Assembly: GCF_053078305.1 (NCBI RefSeq)
Contig: NZ_CP166879.1
Direction: 5' to 3' (one strand)
DNA length: 64,000 nucleotides
Under the pieces are notes generated by a model. The model was given only the letters and a program-made list of their open reading frames with translations, was not told the origin of the DNA and did not search any database. Within the stretch, counting starts at the first letter, position 1; each line of letters begins with the position of its first letter. Shown in pieces: positions 19,524 to 29,875 of this stretch. Position numbers and translations under genes: made by a program.

Positions 19524-21836
19524 ATGCCTCGCTTGTTAACCAAACGCGGCTGCTGGATAACGCTGGCAGCTGCGCCATTTCTCCTTTTTCTTGCAGCGTG
19601 GGGAGCAGATAAACTCTGGCCTCTACCGCTGCATGAAGTCAATCCCGCACGAGTGGTCGTGGCGCAGGATGGTACGCCGCTCTGGCGCTTCGCCGATGCT
19701 GACGGCATCTGGCGTTATCCTGTAACAATCGAAGATGTTTCTCCACGTTACCTTGAAGCGCTGATCAATTATGAAGATCGCTGGTTCTGGAAGCATCCTG
19801 GGGTGAATCCATTCTCGGTGGCGCGCGCAGCATGGCAAGATTTCACTTCGGGACGGGTTATTTCCGGTGGCAGCACGCTCACTATGCAGGTTGCTCGTCT
19901 GCTTGATCCTCACCCCAAAACATTTGGCGGCAAAATTCGCCAGCTCTGGCGCGCGTTGCAACTGGAGTGGCATTTGTCTAAGCGTGAAATTCTGACCTTG
20001 TATCTTAACCGCGCTCCGTTTGGCGGTACGTTGCAGGGGATCGGTGCGGCAAGTTGGGCTTATCTCGGAAAATCGCCTGCGAATTTAAGCTATTCCGAGG
20101 CGGCAATGCTGGCGGTTTTGCCGCAAGCGCCCAGCCGTCTTCGCCCGGATCGTTGGCCGGAGCGTGCCGAAGCCGCGCGTAATAAAGTGCTCGAACGGAT
20201 GGCCGTGCAAGGTGTGTGGTCCCGTGAGCAGGTAAAAGAGTCAAGGGAAGAACCCATCTGGCTGGCACCCCGACAAATGCCGCAACTGGCACCGCTGTTT
20301 TCGCGCATGATGCTCGGTAAAAGTAAAAGCGACAAAATCGTTACTACGCTGGATGCCGGGCTTCAGCGACGTCTGGAAGAACTGGCGCAAAACTGGAAAG
20401 GACGATTGCCGCCGCGCAGCTCACTGGCGATGATCGTGGTTGATCATACCGATATGCGTGTTCGCGGCTGGGTGGGATCGGTAGATCTCAACGATGATTC
20501 ACGCTTTGGTCATGTTGATATGGTCAATGCGATCCGATCGCCAGGATCGGTGCTCAAACCGTTTGTTTATGGTCTGGCGCTGGATGAAGGCTTGATCCAC
20601 CCGGCATCACTGCTGCAAGACGTCCCCCGGCGCACCGGTGATTATCGACCAGGTAACTTTGATAGCGGTTTTCATGGCCCGATCAGCATGAGCGAGGCGC
20701 TGGTGCGCTCGCTGAATTTACCTGCTGTGCAGGTACTGGAAGCCTATGGACCGAAACGGTTTGCGGCAAAGTTACGCAATGTTGGATTGCCGTTATATTT
20801 GCCCAACGGTGCGGCGCCGAATCTTTCGCTCATTCTCGGCGGCGCTGGTGCAAAACTGGAAGATATGGCGGCAGCGTATACCGCGTTTGCTCGCCACGGC
20901 AAGGCAGGCAAATTGCGCTTACAGCCTGACGATCCGCTGCTTGAACGGCCTTTAATGTCGTCGGGGGCTGCGTGGATCATTCGCCGGATTATGGCTGATG
21001 AAGCGCAACCCTTGCCGGATGGTGCCTTGCCGCGCGTCGCCCCACTGGCATGGAAAACGGGCACCAGCTATGGCTATCGTGACGCCTGGGCGATTGGGGT
21101 TAACGCTCGCTATGTCATTGGGATCTGGACTGGCAGACCGGACGGCACGCCCGTTGTTGGTCAGTTTGGTTTTGCCAGCGCCGTACCATTGTTGAATCAG
21201 GTCAATAATATCTTACTGTCGCGCAGTGCTAATCTGCCGGAAGACCCGCGCCCGAACTCAGTCACTCGTGGCGTTATCTGCTGGCCGGGCGGACAGTCTT
21301 TGCCGGAAGGTGACGGTAACTGTCGCCGCCGCCTGGCAACCTGGCTGCTGGACGGGAGTCAGCCGCCAACTCTATTACTGCCGGAGCAGGAAGGCATTAA
21401 TGGCATTCGTTTCCCCATCTGGCTGGATGAAAATGGCAAACGTGTTGCCGCTGATTGCCCTCAGGCGCGACAAGAAATGATAAATGTCTGGCCGCTACCG
21501 CTGGAACCCTGGTTGCCCGCATCAGAACGCCGCGCTGTGCGCTTACCACCGGCCTCGACAATTTGCCCGCCATACGGTCACGATGCCCAGCTCCCGCTGC
21601 AGCTGACAGGCGTTCGCGATGGCGAGATTATTAAACGTTTACCGGGCGCAGCGGAAGCGACTTTGCCGTTGCAATCAAGTGGAGGGGCAGGTGAACGCTG
21701 GTGGTTTCTGAATGGCGAACCGTTAACTGAACGCGGGCGCAACGTGACCCTGCATTTGACGGATAAAGGTGATTATCAATTGCTGGTGATGGATGACGTA
21801 GGGCAAATCGCGTCAGTACATTTTTCATTTCAGTGA
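19524..21836 (+). CDS. pbpC: penicillin-binding protein 1C (PbpC)
   Basis: 770-aa ORF; glycosyltransferase and transpeptidase (SVLKP) motifs; start abuts yfhM stop. Confidence 0.9.
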   Translation: MPRLLTKRGCWITLAAAPFLLFLAAWGADKLWPLPLHEVNPARVVVAQDGTPLWRFADADGIWRYPVTIEDVSPRYLEALINYEDRWFWKHPGVNPFSVARAAWQDFTSGRVISGGSTLTMQVARLLDPHPKTFGGKIRQLWRALQLEWHLSKREILTLYLNRAPFGGTLQGIGAASWAYLGKSPANLSYSEAAMLAVLPQAPSRLRPDRWPERAEAARNKVLERMAVQGVWSREQVKESREEPIWLAPRQMPQLAPLFSRMMLGKSKSDKIVTTLDAGLQRRLEELAQNWKGRLPPRSSLAMIVVDHTDMRVRGWVGSVDLNDDSRFGHVDMVNAIRSPGSVLKPFVYGLALDEGLIHPASLLQDVPRRTGDYRPGNFDSGFHGPISMSEALVRSLNLPAVQVLEAYGPKRFAAKLRNVGLPLYLPNGAAPNLSLILGGAGAKLEDMAAAYTAFARHGKAGKLRLQPDDPLLERPLMSSGAAWIIRRIMADEAQPLPDGALPRVAPLAWKTGTSYGYRDAWAIGVNARYVIGIWTGRPDGTPVVGQFGFASAVPLLNQVNNILLSRSANLPEDPRPNSVTRGVICWPGGQSLPEGDGNCRRRLATWLLDGSQPPTLLLPEQEGINGIRFPIWLDENGKRVAADCPQARQEMINVWPLPLEPWLPASERRAVRLPPASTICPPYGHDAQLPLQLTGVRDGEIIKRLPGAAEATLPLQSSGGAGERWWFLNGEPLTERGRNVTLHLTDKGDYQLLVMDDVGQIASVHFSFQ

Positions 21837-21930
21837 AATATACAAAATATTTATTAATCTAATTATGGTATTTATATTTGGAATGCATTAATAATTTAAT
21901 AATCTCACGTTTTTTTAAACGACTAATTAT

Positions 21931-21944
21931 TTGATTGTTATCAG
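21931..21944 (+). promoter_or_regulatory. FNR-like binding site upstream of DMSO-reductase-family operon
   Basis: TTGATTGTTATCAG matches TTGAT-N4-ATCAA at 9/10; 56 bp upstream of ATG in an AT-rich region. Confidence 0.35.
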
Positions 21945-21999
21945 CATTGTTCTCGAATAAATACGTGAATATTTATTTTTTCATTTTCGGGAACGCAAG

Positions 22000-24381
22000 A
22001 TGGATACGCCAGACGAAAAGGAACGCATTACATTTCCGCAAGTATCACGACGTAGTTTTTTACAAGCGACTTCCGCGCTTATCACTTTGCCTTTTATTTC
22101 TTATACCGTAAAGGCGCAATCCCCAGATGCGTCGCCAGAAGTTACAGCTCCAGTAGCTGATAAAGTCGTGCCCACCTGTAGCACATTTGACTGCGGTGGT
22201 AAGTGCGATATTCGGGCGCATATGCGCGACGGTGTGGTGACGCAAATTACCACGCTTCCCGATAACGAACTGGATCCACAAATGCCGATTATGCGCGCCT
22301 GTGTTCGTGGTTGCGGCTATCGTAAATTTGTTTATCATCCAGACCGCCTCAAATATCCGATGAAACGGGTCGGTAAACGGGGCGAGGGGAAATTTGAGCG
22401 TATTTCATGGGATGAGGCGACGACCTTAATTGCCGATAACCTGAAAAGGATCACGCAACAATATGGCCCGGCTTCACGTTATGTCCATGTCGGGACGGCT
22501 GTTTCTGGTGGAACATTTTCTGGTGATGCGATGGCGCGTCGGCTGTTAAATTTAACCGGTGGTTATCTTGAATATTATCACTCAGTTAGTCTGGGTAATA
22601 CTGCGGCGGCAACGCCTTACACGTATGGCGTGGCGGCCAGCGGTAACTCGATGGATACTCTTCTGGATACCAAACTGGTGATCCTCTGGGGGCATAACCC
22701 AACGGAAACCATCTTCGGTCACACCAATTACTTTTTTCAAAAAATGAAGCAAAACGGTACGCGTTTTATCGTGGTAGATCCGCGTTATTCCGACACTGTA
22801 TCTTCGCTTGCCGATCAGTGGATCCCGCTGCTGCCGACCACGGACAATGCGTTGATGGACGCGATGATGTACGTCATTATCAGCGAAAATCTCCACAATA
22901 AGACATTTATCGACACATATACTCTCGGTTTTGATGAAAACTCTATGCCAGAAGGCGTACCAGCCAACGAATCGTTGGTTGCCTACCTTTTTGGCGCAAA
23001 AGATGGGATACACAAAACGCCGGAATGGGCAGAAAAAATTACCCACGTTCCAGCACAATCCATTCGTCAACTGGCACGCGATTACGCCACTACAAAACCC
23101 GCAGCGTTGATTCAGGGATGGGGGCCACAGCGACATATTTGCGGCGAACGCACCGCCCGAGGTTCAACTTTACTGGCCTCGATTACCGGTAACGTCGGCA
23201 TCAAAGGTGGCTGGGCGGCAGGTTACGGCGGTAGTTCTAATCGTAAATTCTGCGTTGGACCAGATATGCCAGAAAATCCGGTACAAGCGAAAATCTCGAT
23301 TATGAACTGGATGCAGGCGGCGGATGATGCTTCTAAAGTTACGCCGCAAGATGGGCTTAAAGGTGTCGATAAACTCGACAGTAATATCCGCCTGCTGTTC
23401 TCACTGGCAGGTAATTATCTGGCGAACCAGAACCCGGACGTCCACCAGGCCGCGAAGCTCCTTGAAGACGAATCTAAAATAGAATTCATCGTACTCAGCG
23501 ATCTGTTCATGACTCCGAGCGCGAAATATGCCGATGTGTTGCTGCCGGAAACCAGCTTTATGGAACGCTGGAATATCGGCGAAACATGGGGAACTGCGAG
23601 CTATCTTATTCTGTCAGAAAAACTGATTGAGCCGGATTTTGAACGTCGCACCGATTATGACTGGTTGCGTGACGTGGCGAAAAAACTGGGTGTCGAAGCC
23701 GAGTTCAGTCAAGGACGTGATGAGAAGCAATGGGTAGAGCATATCTGGGAGCAAACTCGTCTGGCGATGCCGGATGAAAATTTGCCGGACTTCGCGACCC
23801 TGCAAAAAACACGTCGACATCTTTTTAAAAGTGCGCCGCACATCGCTTTCGAAGCAAATATTCGCGATCCGCAGAATAATCCTTTCCCGACGCCTTCCGG
23901 CAAAATTGAGATCTTCTCTAAGCGTCTTTTTGATATGCAAGATCCAGAAATTCCCGCGCTTTCGCACTATGTCCCTGCATTTGAAGGGCCAGAAGATAAA
24001 CTGACGGCGAAATACCCGTTGCAGCTCATCACCTGGAAAGGGAAAAACCGTGCTAATTCCACCCAGTATGCTAACCCGTGGCTGCAAGAAGTTCAGACGC
24101 AAAAACTCTGGCTGAATCCGCAAGATGCAAAACAGCGCGGGATTAGCGAAGGAGATAGCGTAAAAATTTATAACGATCGTGGTGTGAGCATTATCCCGGT
24201 GGAAATAACCCCCCGTATCATCCCTGGCGTAGTTGCTATGCAGGCGGGGGCATGGTGGCAACCGGATGCACAAGGTATCGATCGCGGAGGCTGTGCCAAT
24301 GTACTGAGTTCGACCCGCATTACGGCGCTGGCGAAAGGGAATTCGCATCAAACAATGCTGGTGGAGGTTGAGAAAGCATGA
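22000..24381 (+). CDS. molybdopterin (DMSO reductase family) oxidoreductase catalytic subunit with Tat signal
   Basis: 793 aa; SRRSFLQATSAL twin-arginine motif; N-terminal CxxCxxxC Fe-S motif (CSTFDCGGKC). Confidence 0.85.
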   Translation: MDTPDEKERITFPQVSRRSFLQATSALITLPFISYTVKAQSPDASPEVTAPVADKVVPTCSTFDCGGKCDIRAHMRDGVVTQITTLPDNELDPQMPIMRACVRGCGYRKFVYHPDRLKYPMKRVGKRGEGKFERISWDEATTLIADNLKRITQQYGPASRYVHVGTAVSGGTFSGDAMARRLLNLTGGYLEYYHSVSLGNTAAATPYTYGVAASGNSMDTLLDTKLVILWGHNPTETIFGHTNYFFQKMKQNGTRFIVVDPRYSDTVSSLADQWIPLLPTTDNALMDAMMYVIISENLHNKTFIDTYTLGFDENSMPEGVPANESLVAYLFGAKDGIHKTPEWAEKITHVPAQSIRQLARDYATTKPAALIQGWGPQRHICGERTARGSTLLASITGNVGIKGGWAAGYGGSSNRKFCVGPDMPENPVQAKISIMNWMQAADDASKVTPQDGLKGVDKLDSNIRLLFSLAGNYLANQNPDVHQAAKLLEDESKIEFIVLSDLFMTPSAKYADVLLPETSFMERWNIGETWGTASYLILSEKLIEPDFERRTDYDWLRDVAKKLGVEAEFSQGRDEKQWVEHIWEQTRLAMPDENLPDFATLQKTRRHLFKSAPHIAFEANIRDPQNNPFPTPSGKIEIFSKRLFDMQDPEIPALSHYVPAFEGPEDKLTAKYPLQLITWKGKNRANSTQYANPWLQEVQTQKLWLNPQDAKQRGISEGDSVKIYNDRGVSIIPVEITPRIIPGVVAMQAGAWWQPDAQGIDRGGCANVLSSTRITALAKGNSHQTMLVEVEKA

Positions 24382-25007
24382 GCCAATTTAAAGAATTTGC
24401 ATCTGTCAGCGACAAACAATTAGGGTTCTTTATTGACTCTTCGCGTTGTTCTGGCTGTAAAGCGTGTCAGGTGGCCTGTAAAGACAAAAACAACCTTGAG
24501 GTTGGGCGACGTTTTCGCCGCGTGTATGAAGTGAACGGCGGTGGCTTCATCGCCACTGGAGAGGGCGGTGTGAGTCATAATGTCTTTGCTTATACCCTTT
24601 CTGTTTCCTGTAACCATTGCGCGGATCCGATCTGTACCAAAAATTGCCCGACGATGGCGATGCATAAGCGTCCCGGAGACGGCATTGTGCGCGTGAATAC
24701 TGATAAGTGCGTCGGTTGCGGTTACTGCGCCTGGTCCTGTCCTTACGGCGCACCACAAATGAATGAGCAGACCGGGCAGATGTCGAAATGCGATTTCTGT
24801 ATTGATCTGCAAGCTAAAGGAGAACAACCCATTTGCGTGGCAACGTGCCCGTTGGGGGCGATTAAGTTCGGCCCTATTGATGAGTTGCGTGAAAAGTATG
24901 GCGATGTCAGTGATGTGAAAGGTTTACCTGATTCGTCGATTACGCAGCCAAATCTGGTGATTAAACCGCATCAGGGCGCGGAAAAGGAGGCGTCACATCA
25001 TGCATGA
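24378..25007 (+). CDS. 4Fe-4S ferredoxin-type electron transfer subunit (DmsB-like)
   Basis: 209 aa with multiple CxxCxxCxxxCP motifs; ATGA overlap with upstream gene. Confidence 0.85.
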   Translation: MSQFKEFASVSDKQLGFFIDSSRCSGCKACQVACKDKNNLEVGRRFRRVYEVNGGGFIATGEGGVSHNVFAYTLSVSCNHCADPICTKNCPTMAMHKRPGDGIVRVNTDKCVGCGYCAWSCPYGAPQMNEQTGQMSKCDFCIDLQAKGEQPICVATCPLGAIKFGPIDELREKYGDVSDVKGLPDSSITQPNLVIKPHQGAEKEASHHA

Positions 25008-25821
25008 ATTACCGTTAATGGCTTTTACGCTGTTGTTACAGGCATCGGTCGGTATGACGTTGTGGCTGGCGTTTCTTCATCGTCATATTTTAATCACCTC
25101 CAGTGCCCGCCCGGTTATGCGACCGCCATTACTGTTGGCTTTTTTGGCCGGGGCAGTAGGGTTACTGATTTCTACCTTACACCTGGGTTATCCACTTAAT
25201 GCGATGCATGCGCTAAGTCACTTTTCCAGTTCATGGCTGAGTCGGGAAATTATCTTTGGTGCGCTGTATCTGGCGCTATTGGGTTTAACCACATTACTGG
25301 TCATGTTACACAAAGGCGGCTGGCAACTCCTTCTTATGCTAGCGGCAGTGGTCGGAATTGTTGATGTTTTCTGCATGGCGCAAGTTTACATCCATACGTC
25401 GATTATCACCTGGCAGCATTACAACACGCTGATTATGTTCTTAGGTACAGTGGGAATTCTCGGTTCAGCGCTGGTAGCAGTGTTTCGTATTAGCGGAATT
25501 TTGCCGCAGATTGATGCCCTGCGTAATGGATGCGTGTTGGTGATCGCTCTCCTGGTTCTGTTGCGCTTGTTGGTTCAGCCGTTGTGGGTAGGGGATTTAA
25601 CGGCGAATGCGATGCAGATAGCTACACTGCCACATGCGCCATTAGCGATGCTGGGACAGTTAAAACCCATACTGACACTAAGCTGGGGAATTTCCGTCAT
25701 TGGGATGATGTTCTTTGCTGTCGGTGGTTGTAAAAAGAATATCCCTGCGGCGTTATTCGGTAGCGTACTGCTAGTGGGCAGTGAAGTTATGCTGCGTTTT
25801 GTCTTTTTTAGTATCGGCTAA
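25000..25821 (+). CDS. integral membrane anchor subunit (DmsC-like)
   Basis: 273 aa, highly hydrophobic multi-TM; 8-bp overlap with upstream gene. Confidence 0.75.
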   Translation: MHELPLMAFTLLLQASVGMTLWLAFLHRHILITSSARPVMRPPLLLAFLAGAVGLLISTLHLGYPLNAMHALSHFSSSWLSREIIFGALYLALLGLTTLLVMLHKGGWQLLLMLAAVVGIVDVFCMAQVYIHTSIITWQHYNTLIMFLGTVGILGSALVAVFRISGILPQIDALRNGCVLVIALLVLLRLLVQPLWVGDLTANAMQIATLPHAPLAMLGQLKPILTLSWGISVIGMMFFAVGGCKKNIPAALFGSVLLVGSEVMLRFVFFSIG

Positions 25822-26675
25822 TGTTAAGTCATAACATAACGATTGGCGCGGAATGCGCGCGCCAACGCTTTCGTTTTGCAACATGTCATGCCTGTGTCGA
25901 GGCTTGCCCGGCACAGGCGCTAACGCTGACAGAAGAGGGCATAGCGGTCGACGCGGAACAATGTATTGAGTGTGCGGTTTGCCAGTTTATTTGTCCGCAA
26001 GAGGCTATTCGTGGCGTTAATTCCCCTTTACGTTATTTTCGCAATCACACCCTGGTCGCACCTTTCACCACTATTGCGCCGACGCTGGAAGAACTTTTGC
26101 TATGGCATAAAGAGCAGGGGATCACAGCGATCGCGATTGATCTGAGTCAGGCGAAGGCATGGGAGCGCGCATTATTGCTGTTAAACGAACGCTTACGGCA
26201 ATATGGCGAGGAAGGCTGGTCTGTGGTATCTCCACATACCAGTGAGGTGAATGTTTCCCGGCGTCGTTTGTTCCATGTGCAGCGTGCGGATGTTCAGATG
26301 ACACAAATACAACCAGGATTACGTCGGTTACATTATTTATGGCCCCAGATTAGTGATGCTCGCCCGATGATGGATCCTCAAAAGTGTCAGCTTTGCGGTG
26401 CATGCTGGCGGGCCTGCGAGCAACAGGTCTTTTCGCTTAACGAAGGCCATTTACAAATCAATGATGCCTTGTGTAACGGATGCCAAAATTGTATTGCTGT
26501 TTGTTTTCATCAGGCAATGACCGTTGAATTGACGATTCTACCGGCAAAAATTGTGAATCTTCATGCTAATCGCAAAGTCTGTAAAACCTGTCAAAAATCC
26601 TTTCTTACTTTTCAGCAAAATGCGCAAAATTGTCTTTATTGCCAACGTCATCGCTATGGGATGAGAGCACCATAA
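25821..26675 (+). CDS. cysteine-rich ferredoxin-like protein, fourth gene of the operon
   Basis: 284 aa; motifs CHACVEACP, CIECAVCQFICP, CQLCGACWRAC, CNGCQNCIAVC; TAATG stop/start overlap. Confidence 0.7.
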   Translation: MLSHNITIGAECARQRFRFATCHACVEACPAQALTLTEEGIAVDAEQCIECAVCQFICPQEAIRGVNSPLRYFRNHTLVAPFTTIAPTLEELLLWHKEQGITAIAIDLSQAKAWERALLLLNERLRQYGEEGWSVVSPHTSEVNVSRRRLFHVQRADVQMTQIQPGLRRLHYLWPQISDARPMMDPQKCQLCGACWRACEQQVFSLNEGHLQINDALCNGCQNCIAVCFHQAMTVELTILPAKIVNLHANRKVCKTCQKSFLTFQQNAQNCLYCQRHRYGMRAP

Positions 26676-26815
26676 AAGTCGAGTTGTTGCTAAAACTCAT
26701 TTTATTTTAAAAAAATGTTACCTTCATCAATAGTCAACGGCCCTGTTGCTCATTATAATCCGCGCCATCTCGTACGCTGGTACAGACAACAACAGAACAA
26801 TTTACAGAGGTAAAA

Positions 26816-27247
26816 ATGGCTATTGAACGTACTTTTTCCATTATCAAACCGAACGCGGTAGCAAAAAACGTCATTGGTAATATCTTTGCGCGCTTTGAAG
26901 CTGCAGGGTTCAAAATTGTCGGCACCAAAATGCTGCACCTGACCGTTGAACAGGCACGTGGCTTTTATGCTGAACACGATGGAAAACCGTTCTTTGATGG
27001 TCTGGTTGAATTCATGACCTCTGGCCCGATCGTGGTTTCCGTGCTGGAAGGTGAAAACGCCGTTCAGCGTCACCGCGATCTGCTGGGCGCGACCAATCCG
27101 GCAAACGCACTGGCCGGTACTCTGCGCGCTGATTACGCTGACAGCCTGACCGAAAACGGTACCCACGGTTCTGATTCCGTCGAATCTGCCGCTCGCGAAA
27201 TCGCTTATTTCTTCGGCGAAGGCGAAGTGTGCCCGCGCACCCGTTAA
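26816..27247 (+). CDS. ndk: nucleoside diphosphate kinase
   Basis: 143-aa [18 protein letters not shown]. Confidence 0.95.
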
Positions 27248-27307
27248 TAATTTCGTAAATGCCGCGTGCAAACGTGGCATCCGTGCGCCAGAATTTGTAC
27301 AATGCAG

Positions 27308-27350
27308 CGCCCCCGGACGAGCAGCCGCTCACCGGGGCGTTTCTTTTTTC
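27308..27350 (+). terminator. ndk terminator
   Basis: GC-rich hairpin CGCCCCCGG...CCGGGGCG followed by TTTCTTTTTT. Confidence 0.5.
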
Positions 27351-27396
27351 AACCCTCCAGGGGCCATAACGTGTAATAACGAGGCCGGAATAGCAT

Positions 27397-28551
27397 ATGT
27401 CTGAACAATTAGTCACACCTGAAAACGTCACCACCAAAGATGGAAAAATCAACCTGCTGGATCTCAACCGTCAGCAGATGCGGGAGTTTTTTAAAGATTT
27501 AGGTGAAAAACCCTTCCGCGCCGATCAGGTGATGAAGTGGATGTATCACTATTGCTGCGACAACTTTGATGAGATGACTGACATCAACAAAGTGTTGCGC
27601 GGCAAACTGAAAGAGGTGGCGGAGATCCGCGCACCGGAAGTGGTTGAAGAACAGCGTTCATCTGACGGCACCATTAAATGGGCGATCGCCGTAGGCGATC
27701 AGCGCGTCGAAACGGTGTATATCCCGGAAGACGACCGTGCCACGCTCTGCGTCTCTTCGCAGGTGGGGTGTGCGCTGGAGTGTAAATTCTGTTCCACCGC
27801 CCAGCAGGGCTTTAACCGCAACCTGCGGGTATCGGAAATTATCGGCCAGGTTTGGCGTGCGGCGAAAATCGTCGGCGCAGCAAAAGTCACCGGTCAGCGC
27901 CCAATCACTAACGTAGTGATGATGGGCATGGGCGAGCCGCTGCTCAACCTGAACAACGTCGTTCCGGCGATGGAAATCATGCTTGATGATTTCGGTTTTG
28001 GCCTGTCTAAACGTCGCGTGACGCTTTCCACTTCCGGTGTAGTTCCAGCGCTGGATAAACTGGGCGATATGATCGACGTTGCGCTGGCAATTTCCCTGCA
28101 CGCGCCGAACGACGAAATTCGTGACGAAATTGTGCCGATCAACAAAAAGTACAATATCGAAACGTTCCTTGCTGCGGTGCGCCGTTATCTGGAGAAATCC
28201 AACGCCAATCAAGGCCGAGTCACTATTGAATACGTGATGCTTGACCACGTTAACGACGGCACTGAACACGCGCACCAACTGGCGGAACTGCTGAAAGATA
28301 CGCCGTGTAAGATCAACCTGATCCCGTGGAACCCGTTCCCGGGCGCACCGTATGGACGCAGCTCGAACAGCCGTATCGACCGTTTCTCAAAAGTGCTGAT
28401 GAGCTACGGTTTCACCACTATTGTGCGTAAAACGCGTGGTGATGATATCGATGCTGCCTGTGGTCAGTTGGCGGGCGATGTTATCGACCGTACGAAACGT
28501 ACCCTGCGTAAACGGATGCAGGGTGAAGCCATCGACATTAAAGCGGTCTGA
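27397..28551 (+). CDS. rlmN: 23S rRNA/tRNA A-C2 methyltransferase RlmN (radical SAM)
   Basis: 384-aa ORF with CALECKFC radical-SAM motif. Confidence 0.9.
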
Positions 28552-28554
28552 TAG

Positions 28555-28599
28555 CCATTACGCCACGGTTACTTTATGTACCGTGGCGTAATGTTTTAT
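28555..28599 (+). terminator. rlmN terminator
   Basis: 14-bp stem CCATTACGCCACGG/CCGTGGCGTAATG followed by TTTTAT. Confidence 0.6.
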
Positions 28600-28835
28600 G
28601 AATGAAGTATTAAGTTGCAATTGTCTGGTCAATATTAACGGTGCGTTTTTGCTGACTTTAAGGCAGTATGTAACGATGCAACAGTAAGTTAGCCTTAGTG
28701 AATGTGGACTTTGTCACGAGCACACAGACGGTCTTATACTGTATGATAACGGTTAACTTAACGGATGTTTCGCGGTGTGGGTGAGCATGATGGTTCACCG
28801 GCATCTCAATTCTCATTTAAACGTACCTGCAGCGA

Positions 28836-29849
28836 ATGAATACTGAAGCCACGCACGACCAAAATGAAGCACTTACTACCGGCGCTCGCCTGCGTAATGC
28901 TCGCGAACAACTAGGACTTAGTCAGCAGGCCGTTGCCGAGCGACTTTGCCTGAAGGTTTCCACGGTACGCGACATTGAAGAAGATAAGGCACCCGCCGAT
29001 CTTGCTTCAACATTCCTGCGCGGATATATCCGCTCTTATGCGCGTCTGGTACATATTCCAGAAGAAGAACTGCTGCCAGGGCTGGAAAAGCAGGCTCCAC
29101 TACGGGCTGCAAAAGTTGCGCCGATGCAGAGTTTTTCCCTCGGTAAACGCCGCAAAAAACGCGACGGCTGGCTGATGACCTTCACCTGGCTGGTGTTGTT
29201 TGTGGTTATCGGCCTGAGCGGTGCCTGGTGGTGGCAAGACCACAAAGCTCAGCAGGAAGAGATCACCACTATGGCCGATCAATCTTCGGCGGAACTGAGC
29301 AGTAATAGCGAGCAGGGGCAGAGTGTTCCGTTAAATACGTCGACAACTACAGACCCGGCTACAACGTCCACGCCGCCAGCGTCTGTGGATACTACCGCAA
29401 CCAACACGCAAACACCTGCCGTAACTGCGCCAGCACCAGCTGTTGATCCGCAACAGAATGCGGTTGTTTCGCCTTCGCAGGCAAATGTTGATACCGCCGC
29501 GACCCCGGCACCAACGGCAGCAACAACGCCAGATGGTGCTGCGCCGTTGCCAACCGATCAGGCTGGCGTGACCACGCCGGTGGCTGATCCGAATGCGCTG
29601 GTGATGAACTTTACTGCCGATTGCTGGCTGGAGGTCACTGATGCTACCGGTAAAAAATTGTTTAGCGGTATGCAGCGTAAAGACGGTAATTTGAACTTAA
29701 CCGGCCAGGCACCATACAAACTGAAAATTGGTGCGCCAGCCGCAGTACAGATCCAGTATCAAGGGAAACCTGTCGATCTGAGTCGTTTTATCAGAACTAA
29801 CCAGGTTGCGCGTCTGACCCTCAATGCCGAACAATCACCGGCGCAGTAA
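28836..29849 (+). CDS. rodZ: cytoskeleton protein RodZ
   Basis: 337-aa ORF; N-terminal HTH, TM segment, Pro/Thr/Ala-rich linker. Confidence 0.9.
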   Translation: MNTEATHDQNEALTTGARLRNAREQLGLSQQAVAERLCLKVSTVRDIEEDKAPADLASTFLRGYIRSYARLVHIPEEELLPGLEKQAPLRAAKVAPMQSFSLGKRRKKRDGWLMTFTWLVLFVVIGLSGAWWWQDHKAQQEEITTMADQSSAELSSNSEQGQSVPLNTSTTTDPATTSTPPASVDTTATNTQTPAVTAPAPAVDPQQNAVVSPSQANVDTAATPAPTAATTPDGAAPLPTDQAGVTTPVADPNALVMNFTADCWLEVTDATGKKLFSGMQRKDGNLNLTGQAPYKLKIGAPAAVQIQYQGKPVDLSRFIRTNQVARLTLNAEQSPAQ

Positions 29850-29875
29850 CAGACGGGTAACGCGGGAGATTTTTC

